52,571 nt of DNA, from assembly GCA_945787615.1 (NCBI GenBank), contig CALZJI010000062.1:1-52571 (forward strand), read 5' to 3'. Shown here in pieces: positions 11,976 through 22,955 of this stretch. This DNA comes from an uncultured Chromatiaceae bacterium. Its GTDB lineage: Bacteria; Pseudomonadota; Gammaproteobacteria; JAADHS01. A program made the position numbers and the translations under genes. Position 1 is the stretch's first letter. Each line of letters starts with the position of its first letter. Below the pieces are notes generated by a model. It worked only from the letters and a program-made list of their open reading frames with translations. It had not been told where the DNA came from and ran no database searches.

Positions 11976-13283
11976 ATGGCTAAGGTAAAGCGACTTAGAT
12001 CGGCGGCTGCGGATTTTTGGTCACAACTGGAAGCGCTTCTTGCGTGGGAGGCCGTTTCGGACCAATCTGTGGAGGGCACCGTACGAAACATTCTTGCCGA
12101 TGTCCGTTCTCGCGGTGACGATGCGGTTATTGAGTACACAAATCGCTTCGACGGGTTACAGGTGGATTCGGCGGCGGATCTGGAGGTCTCTCACGAACGC
12201 TTAACTGAAGCGCTTAAACGAATACCGGCAGACGAGCGTGAGGCGCTGGAGTACTCAGCTGAACGACTGCGTTCTTATCATGTTCACCAGAAGTGCGAAA
12301 GCTGGTCCTATACGGAAGACGATGGCACGATGTTGGGGCAAAAAGTAACGGCTGTCGATCGCGCCGGACTTTATGTTCCTGGGGGCAAGGCAGCATATCC
12401 CTCTTCCGTGCTCATGAATGCGATTCCCGCTAAAGTAGCGGGAGTGTCCGAGTTGATAATGGTCGTGCCAGCGCCAAAGGGTGAGATAAATGATTTAGTA
12501 TTGGCGGCGGGGAAGATCGTGGGTATCGATCGCGTCTTCACTGTTGGCGGCGCTCAAGCCGTCGCAGCATTGGCCTACGGGACGACCACGATTCCCAGGG
12601 TCGATCAAATCGTTGGGCCGGGTAACATTTACGTCGCAACGGCCAAAGGGATGGTTTACGGTGCCGTTGGGATCGACATGATCGCCGGGCCTTCCGAGAT
12701 TCTCGTTGTTTGTGATGGCAGAACAAATCCGGATTGGATTGCAATGGATCTGTTTTCTCAAGCGGAGCACGACGAAGATGCGCAAGCGATTTTAGTGTCT
12801 ACCGATGAAGCTTTTTTGGACAGCGTTCAGTCGAGTATCGATCGTCTATTGCCGACGATGGAACGTGAAGGGCTTATTACGGCTTCACTTGAGTCGCGTG
12901 GCGCACTAATTAGTGTTCGCGATTTAGATGAAGCGGTTGAGGTGGTAAATTACGTCGCGCCTGAGCATTTGGAGTTGTCTGTTGAAGATCCCCAGCGGTT
13001 GACAGAGAAAATACGCCACGCAGGCGCTATTTTCATGGGGCGTTACACAGCGGAGGCGATTGGTGACTACGTTGCCGGTCCTAATCATGTGTTACCGACA
13101 TCGCGTACTGCGCGATTTTCATCTCCGCTTGGCGTTTATGACTTCCAAAAGCGTTCCAGTCTGATAATGTGTTCGGCCAACGGTGCAGCAAACCTGGGCA
13201 AGTACGCGTCCCAACTTGCGCGTGGGGAAGGATTGACCGCTCATGCGAGGTCTGCGGAATACAGGCTGCCTTCGGAGAAATAA
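11976..13283 (+). CDS. hisD: Histidinol dehydrogenase
   Basis: 435 aa with typical HisD segments, including [14 protein letters not shown] and APEHLEL. Confidence 0.95.
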   Translation: MAKVKRLRSAAADFWSQLEALLAWEAVSDQSVEGTVRNILADVRSRGDDAVIEYTNRFDGLQVDSAADLEVSHERLTEALKRIPADEREALEYSAERLRSYHVHQKCESWSYTEDDGTMLGQKVTAVDRAGLYVPGGKAAYPSSVLMNAIPAKVAGVSELIMVVPAPKGEINDLVLAAGKIVGIDRVFTVGGAQAVAALAYGTTTIPRVDQIVGPGNIYVATAKGMVYGAVGIDMIAGPSEILVVCDGRTNPDWIAMDLFSQAEHDEDAQAILVSTDEAFLDSVQSSIDRLLPTMEREGLITASLESRGALISVRDLDEAVEVVNYVAPEHLELSVEDPQRLTEKIRHAGAIFMGRYTAEAIGDYVAGPNHVLPTSRTARFSSPLGVYDFQKRSSLIMCSANGAANLGKYASQLARGEGLTAHARSAEYRLPSEK

Positions 13284-13459
13284 GCGTTTTACGTCGTAGA
13301 GCATTGTGCGAATCCATCGATTAATGTGGTTCCTAGGGTGGTACTCCATTATTCCAGCGACTGTGGTTTATGCGTCCACCCATGGCTATATTCGGCCTTC
13401 TGGGAGGCAGGCGCACCTGCATCAATTATCGTCAAAGCAACGATTAGTAATTTTAAGCC

Positions 13460-14545
13460 GTGTCTACACAAATTGACTTGATAAGACGATGGGTACGCCC
13501 AGAGGTACGAGGTCTAAAAGCATACCACGTGCCTAACGCGTCGGGTTTGATAAAACTAGATGCGATGGAGAATCCCTTTAGCTGGCCCAAGGAGTTGGTT
13601 GAAGAGTGGTTAGGGTCGCTGCGCGAAGTAACGTTGAACCGTTACCCTGATCCTTCTGGTAAGGACTTGAAGCTGAGTCTGCGCGAAGCAATGGCTGTGC
13701 CTGAAGACATGGACATTCTTTTAGGCAATGGTTCTGATGAACTCATTCAACTTATTCTAATGGCGGTGGCTGGGGCCAATACAAAAGTACTTGCGCCGGC
13801 GCCAACATTTTCCATGTATCGAATGATTGCCACGTTTGTGGGTATGGAGTTTGCCACTGTACCGCTATTAAACCATGATTTTTCGCTGGATCTGCCGGCA
13901 ATGATCGAGGCAGTCCAGGTGATGCAACCCGCCGTAATCTTTATTGCTTATCCAAATAATCCTACGGGCAATCTGTTCGCTGAGCATGATCTTTGTGCCT
14001 TGCTTGAAGCCGCGCCCGGGGTGGTTGTGCTGGACGAGGCTTACCACGCGTTTGCTGACAGTAGTTTTCTGTCGTACCTGAAGCGGTACGATAATTTGTT
14101 GGTGCTGCGCACGTTGTCAAAAATGGGCTTGGCAGGTCTGCGGATAGGTACGCTGATTGGCGCGCCAAGTTGGCTGGCCGAGTTTGATAAAATACGCCTA
14201 CCTTACAACATTAACACGCTCAGTCAAGTTAGCGCGCGATTCGCCCTTGCGCACCACGATGTTCTGAAACAGCAAACGGAGATCATTTGCGCCGAGAGAA
14301 CAAGGCTGTCGGAGCGCCTCGGAGCGCTAAACGGAGTTATAGTTTACCCCAGCTGCGCAAACTTTATTCTGTTTCGCGTCCCGGAGGGTCGTGCACAGAG
14401 CATTTTTGACGGTCTTCTTAACAGAGGCGTGTTAATAAAGAGTATGCACGGCAGCGCCACGCAGCTTGAAAACTGTTTGCGTGTCACGGTCGGTACACCA
14501 CACGAGAACGATTCTTTTATGGATGCATTAACCGCGGTGCTTTAA
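13460..14545 (+). CDS. hisC: Histidinol-phosphate aminotransferase
   Basis: 361-aa class II aminotransferase with the PLP lysine context LRTLSKMGLAGLRIG. It uses a GTG start. Confidence 0.9.
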   Translation: MSTQIDLIRRWVRPEVRGLKAYHVPNASGLIKLDAMENPFSWPKELVEEWLGSLREVTLNRYPDPSGKDLKLSLREAMAVPEDMDILLGNGSDELIQLILMAVAGANTKVLAPAPTFSMYRMIATFVGMEFATVPLLNHDFSLDLPAMIEAVQVMQPAVIFIAYPNNPTGNLFAEHDLCALLEAAPGVVVLDEAYHAFADSSFLSYLKRYDNLLVLRTLSKMGLAGLRIGTLIGAPSWLAEFDKIRLPYNINTLSQVSARFALAHHDVLKQQTEIICAERTRLSERLGALNGVIVYPSCANFILFRVPEGRAQSIFDGLLNRGVLIKSMHGSATQLENCLRVTVGTPHENDSFMDALTAVL

Positions 14546-14613
14546 GGTTTGGAACGTGTTCATGAAATATTTTATAACTCAGCGCGACGTCATTATAAAA
14601 TAGGAGTAGATGG

Positions 14614-15207
14614 ATGGCCGATCGCAAGGCTAACATTGCACGCAACACGCTGGAAACTCAGATTGAAGTTAGCGTTAACCTCGACGGCACGGGTGTCGGA
14701 GAGCTTCGGACTGGCGTTCCTTTTCTCGATCATATGCTCGATCAGGTTGCGCGCCACGGTGTCATCGATCTGAAGGTCGTTGCCAGCGGGGATTTGCATA
14801 TTGATGCTCACCACACAGTCGAAGATGTTGGTATAACGTTGGGCCAAGCTTTAAGCAAGGCGTTAACCGATAAAAAGGGTATTCGTCGCTACGGTCACGC
14901 CTATGTGCCGCTGGATGAAGCATTGTCGCGCGTGGTTATTGACTTGTCGGGACGGCCGGGCCTGGAATATCACATAGAATTTCCTCGTGCTAGGATTGGT
15001 GAGTTTGATGTAGATCTTTTCGTGGAATTTTTCAGAGGATTCGTTAATCACGCCGCCGTGACGCTGCACGTCGATAACTTACGCGGCACTAACGCTCATC
15101 ATATCGCGGAGACCGTATTTAAGGCCTTTGGGCGCGCTTTGCGTCAGGCCGTCGAGCTGGATACGCGTCAACAGGGCGCGCTTCCCTCAACGAAAGGGCA
15201 GTTGTAA
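14614..15207 (+). CDS. hisB: Imidazoleglycerol-phosphate dehydratase (monofunctional)
   Basis: 197 aa with IGPD motifs ([31 protein letters not shown]). Confidence 0.95.
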   Translation: MADRKANIARNTLETQIEVSVNLDGTGVGELRTGVPFLDHMLDQVARHGVIDLKVVASGDLHIDAHHTVEDVGITLGQALSKALTDKKGIRRYGHAYVPLDEALSRVVIDLSGRPGLEYHIEFPRARIGEFDVDLFVEFFRGFVNHAAVTLHVDNLRGTNAHHIAETVFKAFGRALRQAVELDTRQQGALPSTKGQL

Positions 15208-15211
15208 ATTT

Positions 15212-15868
15212 ATGACTACAGTTGCAGTCATCGACTACGGAATGGGAAACCTCCATTCGGTGGCGAAAGCCTTACAGTATGTCAATGCTCATGCCAACGT
15301 TGTTGTGACATCTGAGCGGCGGGAGTTGGAGCAAGCGAACCGCGTCGTATTTCCCGGTGTCGGTGCGTTACGGGATTGCCTAAGCGCTCTACGGCAGCGC
15401 GATATGGAACCGACTCTTCGTAAGTGTTTGGAGAATAAACCGGCCCTGGGGATTTGTCTCGGCATGCAAGCGTTGCTCGATTTCAGCGAAGAAAACGACG
15501 GCACCACAGGGCTCGGCGTCGTGCCAGGAAAAGCTCTGCGCTTTAAGGAGCAGACTGATCCATGCTCCAACGACGAACGGTTAAAAATTCCCCATATGGG
15601 GTGGAATCAGGTGCATCAAGTTAGGCCGCACCCGTTGTGGGAAGGTATACCTCAAGCTAGCCGTTTTTATTTCGTACACAGTTACTATGTCGTTCCCGCT
15701 GCCGCCAGTGTCGTGGCGGGAGAGACGTGCTACGGAACGACATTCGCCGCGGCAATTGCGAGGGAAAACTTGTTTGCCGTACAGTTTCATCCAGAGAAAA
15801 GCCAAAAACATGGTTTGCAATTGCTCGCTAACTTTCTGCGATGGGATGGAAATGATTCGCTTAAGTGA
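15212..15868 (+). CDS. hisH: Imidazole glycerol phosphate synthase, glutaminase subunit
   Basis: The sequence contains MTTVAVIDYGMGNLHSV, GICLGMQ and VQFHPEKS. The ATG at 15212 is preferred over the track start at 15128, which overlaps hisB. Confidence 0.9.
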   Translation: MTTVAVIDYGMGNLHSVAKALQYVNAHANVVVTSERRELEQANRVVFPGVGALRDCLSALRQRDMEPTLRKCLENKPALGICLGMQALLDFSEENDGTTGLGVVPGKALRFKEQTDPCSNDERLKIPHMGWNQVHQVRPHPLWEGIPQASRFYFVHSYYVVPAAASVVAGETCYGTTFAAAIARENLFAVQFHPEKSQKHGLQLLANFLRWDGNDSLK

Positions 15869-15983
15869 CAAGGCATCGGTTCTACGACGGAGCGTGCTTG
15901 ATTTCATTGCGCTGCGCGGTTAGTCGTAACGACAGTGGATTAAGTACGGATGAGAAATTAAAAACGCGCCGAGAGGACAGGAC

Positions 15984-16718
15984 ATGTTGTTGATTCCAGC
16001 GATAGATCTTAAAGATGGAAAATGCGTGAGATTGCGCCAAGGACGGATGGAGGAAGTCACGGTATTTTCCGATGATCCCGTTGCGGTGGCTGAACGGTGG
16101 GTAAAGTCTGGCGCCCGTCGCCTTCACATCGTAGATCTGAATGGCGCGTTTGCCGGTAGGCCGGTAAATGGCGGCGTTATACGACGAATTGTAGAGGCGT
16201 TTCCTGACGTGCCCATCCAGGTGGGTGGTGGTATTCGCGACGACGACACCATAGAAGCGTATATGGAAATTGGCGTGCAATACGTCATCCTTGGGACTAA
16301 GGCCGTGAACGCGCCCCATTTTGTCGCTGATGCATGTTCGGAGTTTCCCGGTCATATCATCGTTGGATTGGATGCAAAGAATGGCAAGGTAGCTATCGAC
16401 GGTTGGTCTAAATTATCAAACCACGACGTTATGGATATCGCCCAGCGTTTCGAAAAAGATGGCGTGGAGGCCATCATCTACACCGATATTAGTCGCGACG
16501 GTATGATGTCAGGTGTTAACGTAGAATCTACCGCATCATTGGCTAAAAGCTTAAGTATTCCCGTTATCGCATCGGGGGGCATTACCAACCTCGACGACGT
16601 TCGCTCCTTGTGCGAAGTGACCGAGGATGGGGTCATGGGGGCGATCGTGGGCCGCGCGTTGTATGAGGGTACCATCGATTTAGCACGTGCTCAGCAGTTC
16701 GCGGACGGGTTAGTTTAA
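15984..16718 (+). CDS. hisA: ProFAR isomerase
   Basis: The N-terminus [17 protein letters not shown] and a (beta/alpha)8 HisA pattern are present. Confidence 0.95.
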   Translation: MLLIPAIDLKDGKCVRLRQGRMEEVTVFSDDPVAVAERWVKSGARRLHIVDLNGAFAGRPVNGGVIRRIVEAFPDVPIQVGGGIRDDDTIEAYMEIGVQYVILGTKAVNAPHFVADACSEFPGHIIVGLDAKNGKVAIDGWSKLSNHDVMDIAQRFEKDGVEAIIYTDISRDGMMSGVNVESTASLAKSLSIPVIASGGITNLDDVRSLCEVTEDGVMGAIVGRALYEGTIDLARAQQFADGLV

Positions 16719-16789
16719 CCTGAGGGCTCGCGTCAAAATTACTTCACATGGTACGGTTGAATTAAAATCTACAGTTCAGTTGAATCGCT

Positions 16790-17563
16790 ATGGGTCTTGC
16801 GAAACGTATTATTCCTTGTTTAGACGTGGACAAGGGCCGCGTCGTAAAGGGCGTTAAATTTGTGGGTATTAGGGATGCCGGTGACCCCGTTGAGGTTGCT
16901 CGTCGCTACGACGAGCAAGGCGCCGACGAGCTGGTTTTTCTAGATATCACGGCAAGTCACGAAGATCGCGAAACCCTCGTGCATGTTGTCGAGGAGGTTG
17001 CCGGGCAGGTGTTTATCCCGTTGACGGTGGGCGGCGGTATTCGTGGCCTTGATGACATACGGAGGATGTTGAGCGCTGGGGCGGATAAGGTTGCGATTAA
17101 CACGGCAGCTGTTGTGAATCCTGAGTTTGTCAGGGAGGCGGCCGAGCGTTTCGGATCACAATGTATCGTCGTAGCGATCGATGCTAAGCAGGTTAGCGCG
17201 TCCGGAGAGCCTAAACGTTGGGAGATCTTTACCCACGGAGGTCGCAAGCCGACAGGCTTGGACGCCGTTGAGTGGGCGCGAAGAATGAAAGATTATGGCG
17301 CTGGCGAAATTTTGTTGACGAGTATGGATCGTGATGGAACCCGAGGCGGTTTCGATCTGGATCTAACGCGAGCGGTTTCCGAGGCGATATCCATTCCCGT
17401 TATTGCCTCAGGTGGCGTTGGGACGCTTGATCACCTCGTGGAAGGACTGACGGTTGGAAAAGCAGACGCCGTTTTGGCGGCCAGCATTTTTCACTTTGGC
17501 GATCACACCGTGCTCGAAGCGAAACTGAGGATCCAGGAAGCAGGCGTCGAAGTGCGGGTTTAA
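16790..17563 (+). CDS. hisF: Imidazole glycerol phosphate synthase, cyclase subunit
   Basis: The sequence contains [20 protein letters not shown] and [10 protein letters not shown]. Confidence 0.95.
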   Translation: MGLAKRIIPCLDVDKGRVVKGVKFVGIRDAGDPVEVARRYDEQGADELVFLDITASHEDRETLVHVVEEVAGQVFIPLTVGGGIRGLDDIRRMLSAGADKVAINTAAVVNPEFVREAAERFGSQCIVVAIDAKQVSASGEPKRWEIFTHGGRKPTGLDAVEWARRMKDYGAGEILLTSMDRDGTRGGFDLDLTRAVSEAISIPVIASGGVGTLDHLVEGLTVGKADAVLAASIFHFGDHTVLEAKLRIQEAGVEVRV

Positions 17564-17641
17564 GCAATGAAACGTTGGAGTGCTGCGGCTAACGAATGTT
17601 TTGAGGCCAACGGTCGCTTGTTTTTCTCACTGTAGCTAGAG

Positions 17642-18046
17642 ATGTTAAACGACGCAATCAAAGTCCATTGGTTGGATGAGATAAAATGGAATGATGACGG
17701 CTTGGTGCCCGTTATTACGCAAGAAACGGTCACGGGGAAGGTGCTGACGCTTGCTTGGATGAATCGCGAATCGTTGGCCATGACGGCTGAGTTGAGGCGA
17801 GCGGTATACTGGTCTCGGTCTCGACAAAAATTGTGGCGTAAGGGGGAGCAGTCCGGTCATGAGCAACGGGTGCTCGATATCCGTCTAGATTGCGACAACG
17901 ATGCGGTGCTGTTAGAGGTGGAGCAGGTGGGTGGTATTGCTTGCCATACGGGGCGGCACAGTTGTTTTTTTCAGCGTTTGGACGCGGATGGCTGGGTGTC
18001 CGTAGAGCCTGTGATTAAAGACGCGTCGCAAATTTATAAAAAATAG
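17642..18046 (+). CDS. hisI: Phosphoribosyl-AMP cyclohydrolase
   Basis: 134 aa with [17 protein letters not shown] and [10 protein letters not shown]. It is a separate gene from hisE. Confidence 0.9.
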   Translation: MLNDAIKVHWLDEIKWNDDGLVPVITQETVTGKVLTLAWMNRESLAMTAELRRAVYWSRSRQKLWRKGEQSGHEQRVLDIRLDCDNDAVLLEVEQVGGIACHTGRHSCFFQRLDADGWVSVEPVIKDASQIYKK

Positions 18047-18071
18047 TGTTCCTATCAGACGGTTGATTCCA

Positions 18072-18398
18072 ATGAGTGATATTTTAAAACGCTTGGCAAT
18101 CGAGCTGGAGTCCCGAAAGGATGCTGCGCCGGACTCTTCCTATGTCGCATCGCTTTACCGCAAAGGATTGGACGCCATCCTAAAGAAAGTCGGCGAAGAA
18201 GCAGCGGAAACAGTGATCGCTGCGAAGAACGATGACACAAGTCAATTAATCCATGAAATGGCGGACTTATGGTTTCATTGTCTCGTTTTACTTGCTCACC
18301 AAGGGCTCGGACCACAAGACATATTAACCGAACTGGAGCGGCGATTTGGCGTATCCGGGCATGACGAAAAAGCGTCACGCAATAGCGCCTCCGAGTAA
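18072..18398 (+). CDS. hisE: Phosphoribosyl-ATP pyrophosphatase
   Basis: The sequence contains [24 protein letters not shown] and DLWFH. The ATG at 18072 is preferred over the track start at 18063. Confidence 0.9.
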   Translation: MSDILKRLAIELESRKDAAPDSSYVASLYRKGLDAILKKVGEEAAETVIAAKNDDTSQLIHEMADLWFHCLVLLAHQGLGPQDILTELERRFGVSGHDEKASRNSASE

Positions 18399-18555
18399 GG
18401 GCCACGGAAAAAATAATTATCTAACCTTGCTTGCCTTTTCGCTCGGCTTCTGCGTTTCGGCAAGTTTTGCATATTACATATGCACCACGTGCCGCGCCTT
18501 GAATCTGAGCAAAGATCCGGCGCAATCTTTGGATAATTATTATTTTCCGCGGTCC
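18399..18555 (+). mobile_element. MITE-like hairpin element, full-length copy C (157 bp)
   Basis: It starts at the base after the hisE TAA. It is colinear with copy B and flanked by TAA/TAA. Confidence 0.9.
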
Positions 18556-18768
18556 TAAGGTCGCTGTTAAGACCCATTTCGCACTCGCGGAAGGGCCATT
18601 TGCCCGACATCCTCCGTGTACGCTGCTGGTGTAGCAGTCTACGGGTCCAAGGAGATGTGCCGGTTAGATCCCCGAACTTTGGTGGCGATTTCTCGAAGTG
18701 GCCACGATCTTGGCCTTCAGGTACGTGTTCTTTGCGCGTTGGCGCCGTACGTAGCAAAATCAGACGCA

Positions 18769-18777
18769 TGGTATACT
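18769..18777 (+). promoter_or_regulatory. Candidate extended -10 promoter element (TGgTATACT) upstream of tatA
   Basis: TGGTATACT lies about 90 nt upstream of the tatA ATG. No convincing -35 is present. Confidence 0.25.
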
Positions 18778-18864
18778 GATGAGTTCTGAGATGACGGACG
18801 GTGCTGTAATCTAATGCTGTTGTGTTAAACCGTATATGTAATGTGGTAATGCTGGAGAGCGACG

Positions 18865-19113
18865 ATGGGTATAAGTATTTGGCAGCTATTAATAATCCTT
18901 GTGATTGTATTGCTATTGTTTGGCACCAAAAAACTGCGTAGCATCGGTTCCGATCTGGGCGGTGCGGTAAGGGGGTTCCGCGATTCGGTGACCGATAAAG
19001 ATAAGGACAAAGAGACTGAGGCAAAACCTGTAGAAAATAAATTATCCCACGATGAAGCGGAGAGGGTAATCGACGGCGAAGTCACGAAGCAAGAAAACGA
19101 AAAAGTCCGTTAG
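18865..19113 (+). CDS. tatA: Twin-arginine translocase subunit TatA
   Basis: The N-terminus is [32 protein letters not shown]. Confidence 0.9.
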   Translation: MGISIWQLLIILVIVLLLFGTKKLRSIGSDLGGAVRGFRDSVTDKDKDKETEAKPVENKLSHDEAERVIDGEVTKQENEKVR

Positions 19114-19119
19114 CAAACG

Positions 19120-19494
19120 ATGTTTGATATCGGTTTTTGGGAGTTGGCGGTCATCGCTGTTATTGCTCTTTTAGTGGTGGGTCCCGATGAGTTTCCGACG
19201 CTGGTACGCAATGCAACCCGGGGTCTCGCTAAAATACGCCGTTTTGTGGGCTCGGTGAAAGAAGATCTTGAGCATGAGATCGATAAAGCGGACGAGCTCA
19301 AACGGTTGATCGCAAAAGAGACTGACATTGCAAAACTGCACGAGGCCCTTGATGAGGTCAATGGCACAGTCGCTGCTCCAACCAAACACCGCACTCAAGT
19401 AACCTCCGAGCAGAGCCATGAATCCAATGAGAAGCGGTCCGCTGAAACGGCGGAAAAGCCGAACGATGTTCGGCCGAATATTGGGTCAAAATAA
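19120..19494 (+). CDS. tatB: Twin-arginine translocase subunit TatB
   Basis: The N-terminus MFDIGFWELAVIAVIALLVVGPDEFP is followed by an amphipathic, acidic tail. Confidence 0.8.
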   Translation: MFDIGFWELAVIAVIALLVVGPDEFPTLVRNATRGLAKIRRFVGSVKEDLEHEIDKADELKRLIAKETDIAKLHEALDEVNGTVAAPTKHRTQVTSEQSHESNEKRSAETAEKPNDVRPNIGSK

Positions 19495-20287
19495 GCGACA
19501 ACCTGACCCTAACCAGCAGCCCTTTGTTGGTCACTTAATCGAGTTGCGCGACCGGTTGCTGCGAATAGTTCTGGTCGTATTGGCTCTTTTTTTAGTGCTG
19601 ATGCCCTTCGCCAACAGCCTGTATAGCGCGTTGGCTGAACCCCTCATGGAAACGCTTCCGGCGGGTGCGACGATGATCGCCACTGAGGTTGCTGCACCTT
19701 TCCTCACGCCGTTTAAGTTTAGCCTCGTCTTCGCTATTTTCATTTCCATGCCGTTTGCGTTGTACCAGATCTGGTTGTTTGTGGCGCCGGGTTTATATAT
19801 GGCCGAGCGTCGTATTGCGCTTCCTTTATTGATAACCAGCTCTGCTCTGTTCTATCTGGGTGTGGCGTTCGCCTACTACGCTGTGTTTCCTCTCGTGTTT
19901 GGGTTTCTTACGAGCTCAGCGCCGGAGGGTGTTGCCGTCATGACGGATATAAGCCGCTACCTCGACTTCGTCGTCAAACTTTTTTTCGCTTTTGGATTGG
20001 CGTTCGAAATCCCGGTAGCGACCGTAGTGGTTGTTTGGGCGGGTATCGCTACCCCCGAGAGTTTGGCCAAAAAGCGTCCTTATGTCATCGTAGGGGCTTT
20101 TGTTGTAGGTATGCTGTTTACGCCGCCTGACGCAATTTCGCAGACGCTACTCGCCATACCGATGTGGTTGTTGTTTGAGGTTGGTCTGGTTGCCGCCCGC
20201 AAATTGTTGCCGACGCTGCAAAAGGCACAAGCAGCTGATTCGGAGACAGACAGCGCCCAATCGGATTCCGCTGCGGACAAAGACTAG
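19466..20287 (+). CDS. tatC: Twin-arginine translocase subunit TatC
   Basis: The HLIELRDRLL motif and six TM segments are present. The start is uncertain: the ATG at 19466 is chosen, and the track start at 19418 overlaps tatB more deeply. Confidence 0.85.
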   Translation: MFGRILGQNKRQPDPNQQPFVGHLIELRDRLLRIVLVVLALFLVLMPFANSLYSALAEPLMETLPAGATMIATEVAAPFLTPFKFSLVFAIFISMPFALYQIWLFVAPGLYMAERRIALPLLITSSALFYLGVAFAYYAVFPLVFGFLTSSAPEGVAVMTDISRYLDFVVKLFFAFGLAFEIPVATVVVVWAGIATPESLAKKRPYVIVGAFVVGMLFTPPDAISQTLLAIPMWLLFEVGLVAARKLLPTLQKAQAADSETDSAQSDSAADKD

Positions 20288-20470
20288 CCTGCGTTGCTCA
20301 CAGGGACGCGTGACGCTCGCGCAGAGAATTATTAACTATTAACAACCTCCCTGTGGTTTCCCATATGGCCCGACGGGAGAACCACAAGGACGTGGCGAAA
20401 AAATTCGCTCCTGGCGATTTTATGGTTTCAAGAATGTGAAGTTGTTTTGGCGCCAGCCCAAACGCGAAGT

Positions 20471-21655
20471 TTAGTTTCTAGCCCTTGGTTTAGGCCGCGA
20501 GCCTACCACGGCTTCAATATCGCGTTTTTTTTGTTTTTGCGTCACCGTTAGCGAGATTGAATTTTTTGGCGCAACGCCCGCGATAACGTTAATCAGCTGT
20601 CTTGAGTTGCTGATTTCTGCCTCGTTGACGTGAGTAATGACGTCCCCCGCTACAAGACCGGCCTCTTCAGCAGGCCCGCCGGGCAAGACGCCCGCGATGA
20701 TCACGCCTCTTTCAGTGTCTAGGTTGAACGATTCCGCGAGCTCGGGTGTTACGTCTTGAACTTCGATCCCGAGCCAGCCCCGGCTTACCCGGCCGTGTTC
20801 TATGATCTGCTGCATTACCATTTTCGCAAGGCTAACGGGTATGGCAAACCCTATCCCCTGAGAGCCTCCAGAGTCAGAGAATATGGCGGTATTTATGCCC
20901 ACTAAATGCCCTGCCGTATTGATTAAGGCGCCTCCCGAGTTGCCTGGATTGATCGCAGCATCTGTTTGGATGAAATTTTCAAACGTACTAATGCCTAGCT
21001 GGCTACGACCGGTGGCGCTTACAATGCCCATTGTTACTGTTTGGCCGACACCAAACGGGTTTCCAATGGCAAGTACCACGTCGCCGATATGGAGTTCTTC
21101 CGAACGTCCTATTGTAATGCTATGAATGTTATCCTCGGGTATCTTCAGTACCGCCAGATCCGTCTCTGGGTCAGTGCCTACCACGGTTGCTTTGGCGCTG
21201 CGCCCGTCGCGCAGGGCGACGAGTATTTCGTCTGCTTCGGAGATAACGTGATTATTGGTAAGCACATAACCGGCTTCACTTAAAATTACCCCGGAGCCCA
21301 GGCTATTCTCCAATCGTTGTCTGGGGCCAAGAATGGGGCTGTCTCCAAAAAAGCGGCGAAAAGCAGGATCGTCGAAGAGTGGGTGTGGCTGTCGTGTAAC
21401 AACCTTTGTCGTATAAATATTCACAACGGACGGCGCAGCGTTTTCTACGGCCGGGGCATACGAGGGCGGGGCGAGAGTACCCTGGGTAAGGGTCGCTGAT
21501 CGTCGGATCTCCTCGTCTGGCTCCGCTTCCTTAATCTCTACGACCGGCCTAGATTGCTGTTCGTCGGTTTCAAAAATCATCATTAATAAGAAACCGGCGA
21601 CTATACCGACGGCAAGTCCTTGTACTACATATGGTATGAGTTTTCGTATCTCCAT
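20471..21655 (-). CDS. S1C serine endoprotease with one PDZ domain (DegS/AlgW-like)
   Basis: It has an N-terminal TM anchor, a His/Asp/Ser context (TNNHV, DLAVL, GNSGGAL) and a single C-terminal PDZ. Confidence 0.85.
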   Translation of the reverse strand: MEIRKLIPYVVQGLAVGIVAGFLLMMIFETDEQQSRPVVEIKEAEPDEEIRRSATLTQGTLAPPSYAPAVENAAPSVVNIYTTKVVTRQPHPLFDDPAFRRFFGDSPILGPRQRLENSLGSGVILSEAGYVLTNNHVISEADEILVALRDGRSAKATVVGTDPETDLAVLKIPEDNIHSITIGRSEELHIGDVVLAIGNPFGVGQTVTMGIVSATGRSQLGISTFENFIQTDAAINPGNSGGALINTAGHLVGINTAIFSDSGGSQGIGFAIPVSLAKMVMQQIIEHGRVSRGWLGIEVQDVTPELAESFNLDTERGVIIAGVLPGGPAEEAGLVAGDVITHVNEAEISNSRQLINVIAGVAPKNSISLTVTQKQKKRDIEAVVGSRPKPRARN

Positions 21656-21777
21656 GGTGCTGCTACTCTAACACACCTAAAATAGAGTCGTCTTTAGCTT
21701 TGTGGATTTTACGCTTCCCTTAGCGACGACAAGCAGCACCTTCAAATATTGCAACAACATGGTAGGGAAAGTTCGAT

Positions 21778-22533
21778 ATGGTAGATCTTTATGCGTTGAG
21801 CGACTACGCCAACAAAGTCTTGGAAGTCGACAAGTTCGACGATTACGCCCCAAACGGTTTGCAGGTAGAAGGCCGGGACGTGGTGCGCAAGCTGGTCAGC
21901 GGTGTAACAGCGAGCCACGCATTGATCGAAGCGGCCATCAAGGCGAAAGCGGATGCGATATTAGTTCATCACGGATATTTTTGGAAAGGAGAGGACCCGC
22001 GCGTCATTGGCATGAAACAGCGCCGGCTGCGTTCGTTGCTAGCAAATCAAGTCAGTTTAGTGGCTTATCACCTGCCGTTGGACGCCCATCCAAAATGGGG
22101 AAACAACGTCCAGCTGGCGATACGCCTTGGGTTCGATATCGCCGGTAGGTTCGGCCGGGGCACTGTGCCCCTTGCACTGCACGGCACCGTTTCGCCGTCG
22201 CAATCGCCAGAGAAGCTAAAGCATTTGTTGAAGCAACATTTGGGCCGAGAGCCGCTGCTCGTGAGAGGGGGGGGTAATGAGGTCGTGCGAATCGGATGGT
22301 GCACGGGTGCTGCGCAATCGTATATAGAAGATGCGGCTGCACTTGGGCTGGACGCCTTCATAAGCGGGGAGGTGTCGGAGCCGACTTATCATATCGCGCA
22401 AGAAATGGGCATTCACTACTACGCTGCGGGTCATCACGCGACGGAGCGGTTTGGGCCCCTAGCATTTGGGGATCACCTTGCGCGACATTTCGGTCTCGAG
22501 CATGAGTTTATTGATATTGAAAATCCGGTTTAA
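21778..22533 (+). CDS. Nif3-family dinuclear metal centre protein (YbgI-like)
   Basis: 251 aa with DAILVHHGYFW, YHLPLDAH and GHHATE. Confidence 0.85.
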   Translation: MVDLYALSDYANKVLEVDKFDDYAPNGLQVEGRDVVRKLVSGVTASHALIEAAIKAKADAILVHHGYFWKGEDPRVIGMKQRRLRSLLANQVSLVAYHLPLDAHPKWGNNVQLAIRLGFDIAGRFGRGTVPLALHGTVSPSQSPEKLKHLLKQHLGREPLLVRGGGNEVVRIGWCTGAAQSYIEDAAALGLDAFISGEVSEPTYHIAQEMGIHYYAAGHHATERFGPLAFGDHLARHFGLEHEFIDIENPV

Positions 22534-22925
22534 CGCTGTGGGCTAAAAAGACCTCAGCTCGCTCCTATTTTTCGCCAACGGTCTTTGCGCTTGCTCGGTA
22601 ATTGCTCCTGTATTACTCCACCCTACCACGTACATCGATGTAGGCGTCCTTTATTGCGCTCTCGCTTACACACTTCACAAAGGGTGTAATGGTTCTCGGA
22701 GCGACGCTCCATTGGCGCTAATGTAAGACGGTATGGCATCGTCTCAAAATCGGCATCCAAATTTGTAACAGTGGAGGACCTCAGTCAGGAATTGATCACA
22801 CGCGGTGTCAGGTTCCTCACGTTGAGTTGCGAAGATCTATAGTCTCAGAAAATTAAAGGTTTGCGTTTTTTGTGGCTGGCCGGTGCAAGTTCACGCGGAT
22901 TTACGAGGAAGTGCCTGACGAGGCA

Positions 22926-22955
22926 TTGACATGCTGCGCGGGTTTGGTCTACGAT
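22926..22955 (+). promoter_or_regulatory. Candidate sigma70 promoter TTGACA-N18-TACGAT upstream of the act operon
   Basis: The -35 TTGACA is at 22926-22931 and the -10 TACGAT is at 22950-22955. This would give a leader of about 300-350 nt. Confidence 0.25.

Noticed and set aside
15882-16355. 157-aa ORF on the - strand
   Set aside because: It is antisense to hisA, whose identity is unambiguous.
18296-19024. 242-aa ORF on the - strand
   Set aside because: It runs through the palindromic MITE copy C and lies antisense to hisE and tatA. Its composition is Arg/Ser/Pro-rich and it has no recognisable domain. It is an artefact of stop-poor antisense frames.
20340-20395. Imperfect hairpin (CCCTGTGGTTTCCC ... 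GGGAGAACCACAAGG) between the convergent tatC and protease genes, considered as a bidirectional terminator
   Set aside because: The stem is mismatched and there is no flanking T or A run. I cannot support a terminator call from sequence alone.
21702-22148. 148-aa ORF on the + strand overlapping the Nif3-family gene in another frame
   Set aside because: Its translation is Arg/Gly/Pro-rich, as is typical of an off-frame reading. The Nif3 frame has clear family motifs.
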